Assembly (NCBI GenBank): GCA_019057475.1
Contig: DXJO01000041.1
Location: 7,284 to 71,283, forward strand
Origin: Candidatus Thorarchaeota archaeon
GTDB lineage: Archaea; Asgardarchaeota; Thorarchaeia; Thorarchaeales; Thorarchaeaceae
Length of the DNA stretch: 64,000 bases
Direction: 5' to 3'
The position numbers were made by a program, and so were the translations under genes. Within the stretch, counting starts at the first letter, position 1, and every line of letters begins with the position of its first letter. Under the pieces are notes generated by a model, which searched no databases, was not told where the DNA came from, and saw only the letters and a list, made by a program, of their open reading frames with translations. Shown here piece after piece: positions 1 to 9,889 of the stretch.

Positions 1-30
1 ATCACAGACCTGAAGTTCAGCTGGCTCTCC

Positions 31-504
31 ATGTATCTGGGAACTATTCCTGGGTTGTTTGTAATTGCTTTTGTTGTCGGAGTGCTGGCAACAGACATTG
101 GAGGTGGGCTCCTGAGCGCCTTCGTGGCCCTAGTAGGAGGTGTGGCAGTATCGGGTGCCTTCTTTTCCTACCTGTTCCCAGAGTACTGGAATCCAGAAAC
201 TACTCTCGCAGGCGTAATCCTGTTTGTGGTAGTCTATTCTGTTAGGAATCTGTTTCCCGACGAAGAGATGTCCCCTGCTGAAGCAATCGGGATGTTTATT
301 GTAATGTTGGTCCTCACTCCAATGGCATATGGATTCTGCATGGTGTTGGGAGCCATTGGTGGCTTTGTGGGAAGGCTTCTCAGAGAGAATATTATTGAAT
401 CAAGAGGGTGGCAGCCGCCAGCCCAGGTAGATGAAACTCCAACTGAAGAGGCCCCCGTAGAAGAAACATCCCAAGATGAACCAGCTTTCACCGTCGGCCC
501 ATGA
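31..504 (+). CDS. Small polytopic membrane protein with an acidic C-terminal tail; function unknown
   Basis: ORF of 157 aa with ~4 hydrophobic helices and a Glu/Pro/Thr-rich C-terminus. No recognisable catalytic motif. Confidence 0.35.
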   Translation: MYLGTIPGLFVIAFVVGVLATDIGGGLLSAFVALVGGVAVSGAFFSYLFPEYWNPETTLAGVILFVVVYSVRNLFPDEEMSPAEAIGMFIVMLVLTPMAYGFCMVLGAIGGFVGRLLRENIIESRGWQPPAQVDETPTEEAPVEETSQDEPAFTVGP

Positions 505-543
505 TTCATAATCAGATTATTGCAGGTGCGGATTAAGCAAGCA

Positions 544-999
544 CTAGAAATCAAGGCGAATTGTTTCCCAGCGAACCCGCCCCGCGTCCACAGCTTCCTT
601 GATCCTACGTTCAGTCTTGCTGAGCCTAGCGTTACCTGTCTTTACATCTGCCAGAATCACGGTAATCGGTTCGTCTGAGTTCAGGTCCTTCACTGCGGTA
701 TAACCATCGAAGATTAGGTAGTCTATGGGCGCTCCGATGAACCTTGCATCTGATGGGTCGTACTTGAAAATGTCACTCAAGAGAGGGACCATGTGTTCAG
801 CAATCTTTCCCTTGAGTACATAGCGGCTACGATCTGCAGCGTCTTTCCTAATCCCCTTCTCCTGTTCAGCCCAGAGCTGTCTGAACTCGGCCTCAACCAA
901 TGAGATGCGATGCCTGAAACGCGCACTCATGGCAAGATACACAATCAGTGTGAGGAGCAGTCCTACAGCAAGTCCGAGCAGGATGTCTTCGAAAGCCAT
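544..999 (-). CDS. Membrane-anchored nuclease of the Holliday-junction-resolvase-like (PD-(D/E)xK) fold, COG4741-like
   Basis: N-terminal TM helix, coiled-coil segment, then a C-terminal 'PIDYLIFDG...ILADVKTG' signature (D...D-V-K) typical of Hjc-like restriction-endonuclease folds. Confidence 0.45.
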   Translation of the reverse strand: MAFEDILLGLAVGLLLTLIVYLAMSARFRHRISLVEAEFRQLWAEQEKGIRKDAADRSRYVLKGKIAEHMVPLLSDIFKYDPSDARFIGAPIDYLIFDGYTAVKDLNSDEPITVILADVKTGNARLSKTERRIKEAVDAGRVRWETIRLDF

Positions 1000-1340
1000 A
1001 CAGTACTAGTCTAACCAAGCTATTTATGCGCGGGTAATAGACAGCTGGTACGAAAGGTGGTCATACCTGGACAATTCCATTGTGGGCTTTATATGGAGCA
1101 ATACGACTTTGATCTCTGAGGAATATCACGCACCTGTAAAGGTTCCTCACGGAGTAGTCCAGTGCCGTTTTCTGGACGTACTAGACTTCGGTGTCCAACT
1201 TTGTACAACTTACAATGAACGGAAATCGGAGAACTATACGAAGCAGGAATACCTCGCATCGATTAAGAATCGTGATTATTCGTTTTTTGAAAGGTTGGTC
1301 GGATGCAACTGGAAGTGCGACATTTCGATAGCAAACACCG

Positions 1341-2438
1341 ATGGTGCATCTCTTAAGTGACGGTTTCACAGGATTGCGAGGTGGAATCGAGTTGACTGAG
1401 AATATCCTAGACTTGCTCAGAACCCTGTGTGCAGCTCCTGGACCCGTAGGAAGAGAAACTCTCGTTCAGGAGAAAATCAAAGAGCTGGTCAAGGACTACT
1501 GCAGCGATGTTTCTGAGGATAAAATTGGCAATCTCATTGCTACCATGGAAGGCACGGGTAGACATTACGCGATAGTAGCACACGCAGATGAAGTGGGATT
1601 CCTAGTTAGCAACATTGACGAGAACGGGTTCATCCGAGCGAAATGGAACACTCAAGGATACATTCCGGATTTAAGGCTGTTACCAGGACAATGGGTGCTT
1701 ATCATGACAGAGGGTGGCTTCATTCCGGGAGTATTTTGTGTGAAGACTGCTCACATAGCAGGCGCTGAAGGGAAGAAGAAGATTCCCAAGTGGGAGGATG
1801 TATTCCTGGATGTTGGCCTGGGTTCAGCAGAAGAAGTGGCTGAAGCAGGGATACAGATCGGGGATCCAGTCATCTATGCCGCACCAATCGAGAAAATCGG
1901 ACACAATCTATGCGGCAAATCATTCGATGATCGCGTGGGTCTTGTGATAATGGTCAAGCTTGTTGAGATGATATCCAAGATTTCCGAGAAGGATCGTCCA
2001 ACACTCACATTCGTCAGCACGGTCATGGAAGAGCTGGGAGCCAAGGGTGCAGCGGCAATCGCGCGAGATTTGGATGTTGATGGAGTGCTTGTTGTTGATA
2101 TTGGCCTCGCAGACGATTATCCTGGTACATCAGGCGAAGCAGGTGTATCTCTGGGAAAAGGCCCTGTGATTGTCATAAAGGATAACCAGATACACTACTC
2201 ACACAAGCAGAATCAGGAACTATTCGCTTTGGCAAAGAAATTGGGCATTCCGGTGCAGAGAGCTGTATATCACAACTACGCTACTGATGGTTCCCAGATA
2301 GCTTCACAGGGTCAGGTGGTGTCAGCTATTGGGATTCCGTGCAGATACTCTCATAGCAGCTTCGAAACCATCAAGCTTGAAGATGTGGAAAAGACGATTC
2401 AACTCATCTATCAATTCCTGTTGAGCAACGCCAAATGA
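1341..2438 (+). CDS. M42 family metallo-aminopeptidase (TET/FrvX-like)
   Basis: 365 aa. 'AIVAHADEVGF' and 'FDDRVGLV' metal-binding blocks and overall M42 architecture. True start may be an internal TTG/ATG. Confidence 0.8.
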   Translation: MVHLLSDGFTGLRGGIELTENILDLLRTLCAAPGPVGRETLVQEKIKELVKDYCSDVSEDKIGNLIATMEGTGRHYAIVAHADEVGFLVSNIDENGFIRAKWNTQGYIPDLRLLPGQWVLIMTEGGFIPGVFCVKTAHIAGAEGKKKIPKWEDVFLDVGLGSAEEVAEAGIQIGDPVIYAAPIEKIGHNLCGKSFDDRVGLVIMVKLVEMISKISEKDRPTLTFVSTVMEELGAKGAAAIARDLDVDGVLVVDIGLADDYPGTSGEAGVSLGKGPVIVIKDNQIHYSHKQNQELFALAKKLGIPVQRAVYHNYATDGSQIASQGQVVSAIGIPCRYSHSSFETIKLEDVEKTIQLIYQFLLSNAK

Positions 2439-2440
2439 GC

Positions 2441-2857
2441 TCACGAGTGAGGTTCAGTGTTCTCGGGCACATCCTCAGTTGGACCAACGTGGACCTTAAA
2501 GCTCTCTCTCGAAACTATTCGTACCTTTGACCCAATTGGAAAATCAGTTCCTTCATCACAACGAGCGACCCATATCTCAGAACCAAGTCGTACCTTCCCA
2601 GATGTGTTTGTCACAGCGTCTATCACAACGGCGGTCATTCCAATCAGATTGTAGAGTTGATGTGACTCCGTTTGTTTGAGTGTAGGATACACCAAGTAGT
2701 ACTTGACGGGCACAAAAATTGCTGCAATAATGATTCCCGCGACAGCGACTAGTACCGTGTACTCTGGAGCGAAGAAGTGTGCAAGCACAACAGCAATTGG
2801 CACTAGCGCTAACTCATCCAGAGTGATGATTATGAACTTGGTTCTGGCTGAAACCAC
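2441..2857 (-). CDS. NfeD-like membrane protein (short form with C-terminal OB-fold)
   Basis: 138 aa with two N-terminal TM helices and a C-terminal beta-rich region 'GKVRLGSEIWVARCDEG...GSKVRIVS', typical of NfeD short homologues. Confidence 0.5.
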   Translation of the reverse strand: MVSARTKFIIITLDELALVPIAVVLAHFFAPEYTVLVAVAGIIIAAIFVPVKYYLVYPTLKQTESHQLYNLIGMTAVVIDAVTNTSGKVRLGSEIWVARCDEGTDFPIGSKVRIVSRESFKVHVGPTEDVPENTEPHS

Positions 2858-2987
2858 TTTGCATACCGTCCCTATTTGGTATTAGGAAGGAGAGATAATT
2901 GCTTTTGCTATGATCTCAAACTGCTCTCTACTTCGACAACCTTACCAGACTGTTAAAAAGATAGATGACAGAGGAGCGGTCCAGTGA

Positions 2988-4136
2988 TTGTGTTTGAAGA
3001 CTGAAACTGTGCAGCTAATGGCAGGGGCGGCCATACTCTCATCCTTCACATACGTCCCGATTCTTCTCCAAGGTCTAGGAGCAAGTAATATCCAAGTCAC
3101 CTGGATTGCAGGCGCTTACTCCGCAGCTGTATTCATCTCCAGTTACATTTTTGGCAGAGCCGGAGATATCCACGGACGACGGCTCATTCTCCGTGCGGGG
3201 CTCCTGGCTTCGACGTTGAGCGTTGCACTTCTGTTCCTAGCGGATAGTGTTGAAGTGCTCCTAGTGATTAGAATCGTAACCGGCTTCTGCGTGGGTGTCT
3301 ATCCAGGAGCCTTGGCAGCTTACGCGCATGACTCTAAAATGAAGATGGGAAGATTTGCCTCATTTGGTGCCGTTGGATGGGGAGTAGGCACAGTTACCGC
3401 TGGTTTTGCAGCAGGCCTCGATATTCACTACGCCTTCTTGATTTCGTCCTTTTTCTTCCTGATAGCATTCTTGAGCGCTCTGACGCTACCACCGATTTCC
3501 AGAGTACGGGTTAAAGTCCCGCTATTCCCAATTGAAACGATCAAGCGAAATTTCCCAGTCTATCTCGGGATGCTCATTAGGCATAGTAGTGCCCATGCCA
3601 TGTGGACTCTATGGCCCCTTTTCCTTCTCAGCTTAGAAGGAGCAGATTTGTTCATGATTGGAATCATCCAGGCAACGAATGCCCTAGCTCAGGTAGTGTT
3701 CATGATTTGGCTAACCGATCGCTTTGACAGTAGAAAGCTAATCTCCATTGGCCTAATTACGAGCGCAATGGCTTTCGCCTCCTTCACTCTTATCACAAAT
3801 ATATTCGAAGTCCTCCCAACGCAGATTCTACTTGGGCTTGCGTGGGCATGTCTCTATGTTGGTGCGCTGAAGTACGTGACTGAACGCAATGTTGAGAAAT
3901 CTACAGCATCTGGTCTTCTGCAGTCAGTCATGTCAATCTCCGGCGTGATAGGACCATTGATTGCGTTTCTCCTGATTTCAGTGTGGCCAGGCTATCTTGC
4001 CATAATGATTAATGGCGCCATAATGTCGATAGTGGCGTTCCTGATGTTTGTATTCAGTTGTAGGCGAGCAGCTGCAAACGAAAGCAACTCAGAGGGATGT
4101 GACTTGCAGACCGAAAATGCAGCGGTGGAGTCTTAG
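2988..4136 (+). CDS. MFS-type transporter
   Basis: 382 aa, ~12 TM helices. Has the MFS loop 2-3 motif 'GRAGDIHGRRLIL'. Confidence 0.7.
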   Translation: MCLKTETVQLMAGAAILSSFTYVPILLQGLGASNIQVTWIAGAYSAAVFISSYIFGRAGDIHGRRLILRAGLLASTLSVALLFLADSVEVLLVIRIVTGFCVGVYPGALAAYAHDSKMKMGRFASFGAVGWGVGTVTAGFAAGLDIHYAFLISSFFFLIAFLSALTLPPISRVRVKVPLFPIETIKRNFPVYLGMLIRHSSAHAMWTLWPLFLLSLEGADLFMIGIIQATNALAQVVFMIWLTDRFDSRKLISIGLITSAMAFASFTLITNIFEVLPTQILLGLAWACLYVGALKYVTERNVEKSTASGLLQSVMSISGVIGPLIAFLLISVWPGYLAIMINGAIMSIVAFLMFVFSCRRAAANESNSEGCDLQTENAAVES

Positions 4137-4137
4137 A

Positions 4138-4863
4138 CTAGCGTCGACATGCAATCACAAGGAAGTACTCTGACTGGCCATTATTGGATCCTGAGAGGAC
4201 TCTCGTTATCTCGATATTCCTGAAATGCGTAGATAGAAGCTGCTCTATCATGTTTCTGGTGAATGCATAGGGCTGCGATTCTGGGATAGGTTCTCGTGGA
4301 CCTCGTATTATGCCAATGTATTCGCCCTTTGGTTTTAGAATCTCAGTCAGGCGCAGGACATAGTGGGCACGCTGTGTGGGCGGCAGCGTCTGAAGAAACG
4401 ATCGCTCAAAGATATAATCAAACTCTCCTTCCGTGGGACCGTTCCTCAACACGTCCCCGACAATCAGGTCGACATCAAGCCCCAGTTTCTCGATGCATTT
4501 ACGAAGCATAGATACTGCCCTTTTTGAGATGTCCAATACAGTTACTCTGAATCCATTAGAAGCGAGATACACCGCATCATGGCCCAAACCGGGACCTGGT
4601 TCGAATACTCTCCCGGGCACTATTCGCTTGGTTTTTACTAGGTTGACCAGAGCGGGGTGCGGTCGGGATATATCCCAAGGAACATCGCCCTTGCTGAAAG
4701 CGACATCGTTGGCTGTCCTTGCCATGCATGGATGATGCGCCATACCATCCTGTCCAAGCATAGTTTGGATCCATCCTCTCACTTCTAGAAGAGGGTTATC
4801 ATCAGTGGAAGGTTCATTGCACAATATGCATCTTGGTCGTTCATCGCCCATCAAGAATGACAT
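4138..4863 (-). CDS. SAM-dependent methyltransferase, thiopurine/thiol S-methyltransferase (TPMT/TehB)-like, with N-terminal Cys/His cluster
   Basis: Motif I 'VFEPGPGLGHDAVYLA' and motif II 'VLDIS'. Overall TPMT-like layout. N-terminal 'CILCNEP...HHPC' suggests a zinc ribbon. Confidence 0.6.
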   Translation of the reverse strand: MSFLMGDERPRCILCNEPSTDDNPLLEVRGWIQTMLGQDGMAHHPCMARTANDVAFSKGDVPWDISRPHPALVNLVKTKRIVPGRVFEPGPGLGHDAVYLASNGFRVTVLDISKRAVSMLRKCIEKLGLDVDLIVGDVLRNGPTEGEFDYIFERSFLQTLPPTQRAHYVLRLTEILKPKGEYIGIIRGPREPIPESQPYAFTRNMIEQLLSTHFRNIEITRVLSGSNNGQSEYFLVIACRR

Positions 4864-4885
4864 CTCTCTGTGCTCGGCACAGACA

Positions 4886-5148
4886 CATCCCAGTTCTTGT
4901 GTGTTTGGCTCGATTAAAGGCGAATCTAGAACATGCGCAAGTACTCAGGCGAGTTTAATATCCGAGCGTCCATAGGAATGTGGATATGCTTGCCTCCAAT
5001 ACCATAGAATTTCAAGGACCCAGTGTCATACACGAAGCCACAGGTCCCTGATGCTTGTTCTCCATTTACATTTTCAACCCAGTAGTTCCTGACTATCTCT
5101 GCTGTGCCAATCGTGTCGTACCATTGAAGACCATATGTGATTAATCCA
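4886..5148. repeat. Copy A of a ~265-bp imperfect direct repeat (second copy at 9628-9889), ~90% identical
   Basis: Direct alignment: 'catcccagttcttgtgtgtttgg...cgtaccattgaagaccatatgtgattaatcc' occurs at both positions with scattered substitutions. Confidence 0.9.
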
Positions 5149-5160
5149 CCCTGTCCATCA
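4926..5160 (-). pseudogene. Truncated duplicate of the 3' end (last ~80 codons) of the membrane-protein gene at 9656..11071
   Basis: Minus-strand translation gives '...GGLITYGLQWYDTIGTAEIVRNYWVENVNGEQASGTCGFVYDTGSLKFYGIGGKHIHIPMDARILNSPEYLRMF*', about 90% identical to the C-terminus of the 471-aa protein. No start codon and an upstream stop, so it is a remnant. Confidence 0.8.
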
Positions 5161-5536
5161 GGACTTCTACGAGGTATGTCCGTGAACGGAATCCGTATTG
5201 GTCAATTTCGATTTCGTCAATCTCATTTAGATAAAGAAAAATGGACCATCTTTTCGAAAAAAAATAACATCAAAGGATTCATTAACTAGTGTAGTGACTA
5301 CTCTATTGAGATAACATAGACCATGGGTGGTGACTGCAGGATTGAACTCTGATAGTCCTTTACCGATATCCAAGCAAAGGAGTCCTGCATATCCAATCCT
5401 AACTAGGATTCGAGCAAGTCAAGTGTTAGCTATTGATTCTACATCTAATCCAATCAATACCCTTTGGAATCGCAATTGGAGTGGAAGAGTAAAGACTCGC
5501 AATCCACAAAATCACATAACTAGGAGTGTTTCATCT

Positions 5537-8500
5537 ATGTGCAAGAGAATTTGGAAAAGGGATTTTGCAGCAGCGTTCATCCTTCTGACGTTCATTCTGG
5601 GTCTGTCGATGTTTATATCACTAGCAGTAATGCAGGATGACATTGCGCATCTATCTATGCCTGTTGTCCACAGAGGGCCGACAAGGAAGATGACAACCGC
5701 CTATATCACCCATGGTCCAATTGTGATAGACAGTGATAATAACTTTACAGCCACAGCGTTGGCTAAAGGATGGCCTGGTCTTGGTTCGCCTGGAGATCCC
5801 TTCATCATAAGGAATTATTCGATCGACCTTGGGGGTGCGATTGGTCATTGCATCAACATCAGCAACACTCGTGTCAGCTTCATCATCAGAAACTGCAGTC
5901 TAACTGGTGCCAATGTATCGACATTTCTTGTAGATAGTGCTGGCGTCTTTCTGAAAAATGTCACCAATGGTGAAATAGTCAATAACATCTGCACGAATGA
6001 CTGGTATGCAATCTATCTAACGAACTCTACTGGAAACACTATTGCCAACAACACCTGCTCATACAATCTCGACAGGGGGATATGTTTGGAACAGGCTTCC
6101 AATTTCAACATTATTAAGAACAACACCTGCAACAGCAATACCGAATATGGCATCTCCCTCTATCAAAGTGACTATAACGAGATGATCAACAACACCTGCT
6201 CCGATAACATAAACGATGGCATCTATGTCTACTATTCGGATTACACTCTCCTTATCAACAACACCTGCTACTCGAACACTCAGCATGGTATCAACCTGTA
6301 TTTCGCCTGTTACTATAGCGAGATAATCAACAACACCTGCTCCGATAACACCTATGGAATCTATGTCTACGCTTCACGGTACAATCTCTTTACCAACAAC
6401 ACCTGCAAGACAAATGATTATGGTATTGTCTTTGACTTTCATTCGGAATATAACGAGGTAATCAACAACACCTGCTCCGATAACATAGAAGATGGCATCC
6501 TTGTTTTCGAAGGTTCAGATTACAATCTCCTTGCCAATAACACCTGCTCCGATAACAGCAAAGGTATCACTGTTTCGAGGGGTCCTTTTGTCGGAAGTTC
6601 ATCCCACAATCTCCTTGTCAACAACATCTGCGAGAGAAATGGTGTTGGTATTCGCCTCTTAGGTGATTCATCTGATGATAGGTCACTATATAACGAGATA
6701 ATCAATAACACCTGCTCCGATAACATAGACGATGGCATCTATGTCATATGGTCGAATTACACTCTTATTGCTAACAACACCTGCGAGAGAAATAGTGATG
6801 GTATTGTCCTTTGGCTTGGCTCGGACCATAACGATATAATCAACAACACCTGCTCCGTTAACAGCTTGTATGGAATCTATGTCTACGCTTCACGGTACAA
6901 TCTCCTTGCCAACAACAACTGCTCCGATAACAGCTATGGCATCTCTCTCGACGGTTCCTACAATCTCTTATTCAATAACACCTGCTCCGATAACGACTAT
7001 GGCATCGTAGTCTGCGGTTCCTACAATCGTTTATTCAATAACACCTGCTCCGATAACGACATGCATGATCCCGATTCAGGCTTTGGCATCTTACTTTATT
7101 CTATTTCAAATTACAATCTCCTTGCCAACAACACCTGTGAGAGAAATGATCATGGTATTGGTCTCGTATCATATTTATATTCTCCAGATCATAACGAGAT
7201 AATCAATAACACCTGCTCCGATAACATGAAAGGTGGCATCTATCTCGACGGTCCAAGTTACAATCTCCTTGCCAATAACACATGTGAGAGAAATGACTAT
7301 GGCATTTACTTCGGATCTCTTTCAGAATTTAACGAGATAATCAACAACACCTGCTCCGATAACACCTATGGCATCTATCTCGACGGTGCGGATCACAATC
7401 TCCTTGCCAATAACACATGTGAGAGAAATGATTATGGTATTGGCCTTGTATCTTCCTTAACTTGGTCAAATGATAACACACTCGTGAACAACACCTGTTC
7501 ATGGAATACATTTTGTGGAATACTCCTCAACGTTAATACTCACCATAACGTGGTCACTAACTGTACCTGCAATTACAACGGTGAATTCGGAATCATGCTG
7601 GCTGGGTCAGATCATAACAACATCACCAGCAATACCTGTAATGGGAATCTTGAAGGCATTCATATCAGTGACTCGGATTCGAACATCATCGCGAACAACA
7701 CAGTCTGCCACAACACTGGTCCAGGAATACGCCTACTCTCAACCTCGTTGAGCAACACCGTCCAATGGAATATTCTCATGAACAACTCTTACAATGTCTG
7801 GAACGACCACTCAAGCAATGTGATTGACTACAACTACTACTCAGACTATGATGGTTACGATAACGACGGAAATGGCATAGGTGATGTTCCTTATCTGCAC
7901 GATGGCTCAGCAAACTCCGAAGACACTCACCCGTATATGTTTCCTGGTGGTTATCTGTACATCACTTGGACCGAGGCGATTACAGATCAATTTACTGAGT
8001 ATATGGAATCTTGGCAATATGATATAGATGTGATCGTGAAGACAAATGTTTACTTATGGTGGATCAACGACACAGCCCACTTCTCAGTCGATCCCACTGG
8101 ACTAATCACCAACAAGACCCCTTTGGTGGTTGGCACCTATGGAGTTATGATATATGTCAATGACACTGAAGGTCATGTGCTGCGAGGCGCATTCACCCTG
8201 GTAGTGTATCCTGCAGGGGCTCCAGAGTGGGTTCAAGCACCCACTGACCAGACTATAGAGTTTGGTGCCACCTTCCAGTACGACCTTGATGCGGTTGCTC
8301 CTTCAGGAATTGACTTCTGGCAGATTAATGATACTGCCAGGTTTCATATTGATCAGACTGGATTGATAACAAATGCCACGGTTCTGATTGTGGGTACATA
8401 CCATCTTGAAGTCATAGTCAATGACACTTTGGGTCAAGTGCTGATAGGAGCATTCACCCTGGTGGTGGATCCTGCAGCGCCTCCAGAGTGGGTTCAAGAA

Positions 8501-9445
8501 CCCACTGACAAGACCATAGAATTCGGTGCAACCTTCCAGTATGACCTTGATGTGGTTGATACTTCAGAAATTGACCTCTGGCTGATTAACGATACTGTCA
8601 GGTTTCATATTGATCAGACTGGATTGATAACAAATGCGACGGTTTTGATGGTAGGTGTATACTATCTTGAAGTCATGGTCAATGACACTTTGGGGCATGT
8701 GCAGACTGCTGAGTTTGCTGTGATAATACAGGACACTACAGCCCCAACTTGGGATGTTACACCAACAAACCAAGTAATCGAATATGGTAGTCTGTTTAGT
8801 TATGACCTTGATGCATCAGATCTGTCAAGCATCCATCACTGGTGGTTGAATGACACCACAAGCTTCGCTATTGATAGCAATGGTGTTATTACAAATGTGA
8901 CTACTTTGGCAATTGGTGTTCATGGTTTACAGGTCTGGGTGAATGACACTATTGGTAACATCCAAACTGCAGCATTTTCAATCTCTGTTGAAGATACAAC
9001 CGATCCAGTGATTACAGCGATTCCAGAAGACATCGAATTTGAAGAAGGTGAGACTGGATACAGTATCACTTGGCAGTTCCATGATCTTGATCCATCAACT
9101 TACACAATCTATCTGAATGGAGAAATCCTACTAACAGGTCAATGGAATTCCAGCAGTGAAGTATTCATCGTTGTTGTTGATGGACTAGCTACAGGATCGC
9201 ATAACTTCACCATAGTCGTGACCGACGGTTCTGGAAATCCTGCTATGGATGAAGTCACAGTAACAGTGACAGCGGTAACAACGACTCCTACAACAACCAC
9301 CACAACTACAACGACTACCTTATCGACGGAACCTGATGGCACGTTAATGGGTATAATGCTGACTGGCGTTGGTGGGGCGGCCATCGCCATAACCATTGTA
9401 ATAATAAGCCTCAAAAAGCGAAGAAGACAACCAAGACAAGAATAG
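5537..9445 (+). CDS. Giant secreted/surface protein: signal/TM, ~20 parallel beta-helix (PbH1-type) repeats, 5 tandem Ig/cadherin-like domains, Thr-rich stalk, C-terminal TM anchor with basic tail
   Basis: Track ORF starts at GTG 5327. ATG 5537 ('MCKRIWKRDFAAAFILLTFILGLSMFISLAV') gives a proper signal/TM start. The block 'NNTCSDN...GIY' recurs ~20 times with ~23-aa period. Five ~87-aa repeats 'PEWVQxPTDxTIEFGATFQYDLD...'. A 'TTTPTTTTTTTTTT' linker, then 'LMGIMLTGVGGAAIAITIVIISLKKRRRQPRQE'. Many N-x-S/T sequons. Confidence 0.75.
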   Translation: MCKRIWKRDFAAAFILLTFILGLSMFISLAVMQDDIAHLSMPVVHRGPTRKMTTAYITHGPIVIDSDNNFTATALAKGWPGLGSPGDPFIIRNYSIDLGGAIGHCINISNTRVSFIIRNCSLTGANVSTFLVDSAGVFLKNVTNGEIVNNICTNDWYAIYLTNSTGNTIANNTCSYNLDRGICLEQASNFNIIKNNTCNSNTEYGISLYQSDYNEMINNTCSDNINDGIYVYYSDYTLLINNTCYSNTQHGINLYFACYYSEIINNTCSDNTYGIYVYASRYNLFTNNTCKTNDYGIVFDFHSEYNEVINNTCSDNIEDGILVFEGSDYNLLANNTCSDNSKGITVSRGPFVGSSSHNLLVNNICERNGVGIRLLGDSSDDRSLYNEIINNTCSDNIDDGIYVIWSNYTLIANNTCERNSDGIVLWLGSDHNDIINNTCSVNSLYGIYVYASRYNLLANNNCSDNSYGISLDGSYNLLFNNTCSDNDYGIVVCGSYNRLFNNTCSDNDMHDPDSGFGILLYSISNYNLLANNTCERNDHGIGLVSYLYSPDHNEIINNTCSDNMKGGIYLDGPSYNLLANNTCERNDYGIYFGSLSEFNEIINNTCSDNTYGIYLDGADHNLLANNTCERNDYGIGLVSSLTWSNDNTLVNNTCSWNTFCGILLNVNTHHNVVTNCTCNYNGEFGIMLAGSDHNNITSNTCNGNLEGIHISDSDSNIIANNTVCHNTGPGIRLLSTSLSNTVQWNILMNNSYNVWNDHSSNVIDYNYYSDYDGYDNDGNGIGDVPYLHDGSANSEDTHPYMFPGGYLYITWTEAITDQFTEYMESWQYDIDVIVKTNVYLWWINDTAHFSVDPTGLITNKTPLVVGTYGVMIYVNDTEGHVLRGAFTLVVYPAGAPEWVQAPTDQTIEFGATFQYDLDAVAPSGIDFWQINDTARFHIDQTGLITNATVLIVGTYHLEVIVNDTLGQVLIGAFTLVVDPAAPPEWVQEPTDKTIEFGATFQYDLDVVDTSEIDLWLINDTVRFHIDQTGLITNATVLMVGVYYLEVMVNDTLGHVQTAEFAVIIQDTTAPTWDVTPTNQVIEYGSLFSYDLDASDLSSIHHWWLNDTTSFAIDSNGVITNVTTLAIGVHGLQVWVNDTIGNIQTAAFSISVEDTTDPVITAIPEDIEFEEGETGYSITWQFHDLDPSTYTIYLNGEILLTGQWNSSSEVFIVVVDGLATGSHNFTIVVTDGSGNPAMDEVTVTVTAVTTTPTTTTTTTTTTLSTEPDGTLMGIMLTGVGGAAIAITIVIISLKKRRRQPRQE
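6050..7500 (+). repeat. Nucleotide-level periodic repeats (~69-72 bp) encoding the beta-helix array inside the surface-protein gene
   Basis: The string 'atcaacaacacctgctccgataac' and close variants recur many times. Confidence 0.8.
7960..9250 (+). repeat. Five tandem ~261-bp in-frame repeats (Ig-like domains) inside the surface-protein gene
   Basis: 'ccagagtgggttcaag' recurs at 8222 and 8483. Adjacent units are ~85-90% identical at nucleotide level. Confidence 0.8.
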
Positions 9446-9627
9446 CCCAAGTGGTGGTTAGTATTAGACAGGAAATTCGCGGTCTAATCGTTGCCTAGTT
9501 TCTTCTGCTTCTTTGGAGGAAGTAGTGACACATAGTCGATAGAAAAGTTCAGAAAGGACCTTATCGTTAGATAATAGATCCCTATGAATAACCAGATACT
9601 CTTTCATCACTCGACCAGGCCTAGACT

Positions 9628-9889
9628 CATCCCAGTTCTTGTGTGTTTGGTTCGATTAAAGGCAAATCCAAAACATGTGCAAGTACTCAGGCGAGTTCAA
9701 CATGCGAGCGTCCATGGGAATGTGGATATGATTACCTCCAAAGCCATAGAATTCCAAGGACCCAGTGTCATACACGAAGCCACAGGTCCCTGATGCTTGT
9801 TCCCCATTTACATTGTCAACCCAGTAGCTCCTAACGATCTCTGCTGTGCCAATCGTGTCGTACCATTGAAGACCATATGTGATTAATCC
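9628..9889. repeat. Copy B of the ~265-bp direct repeat; this copy is the functional 3' end of gene 9656..11071
   Basis: See copy A. The repeat covers the last ~78 codons plus ~28 nt of downstream sequence. Confidence 0.9.

Noticed and set aside
2457-2885. Plus-strand ORFs 2457..2654 and 2703..2885 overlapping the NfeD-like gene
   Set aside because: They are antisense to a membrane-protein ORF with coherent TM topology and have low-complexity composition.
6050-7500. Regularly spaced short repeats that might be mistaken for a CRISPR array
   Set aside because: The repeats are in-frame and code for the beta-helix coils of a continuous 1303-aa ORF. Spacing (~69-72 bp total unit) and repeat length do not fit a CRISPR repeat-spacer architecture. 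No cas genes are nearby.
9270-9310. Simple sequence repeat (aca/acc)n
   Set aside because: It is coding: it is the poly-Thr stalk of the surface protein and not an intergenic microsatellite.
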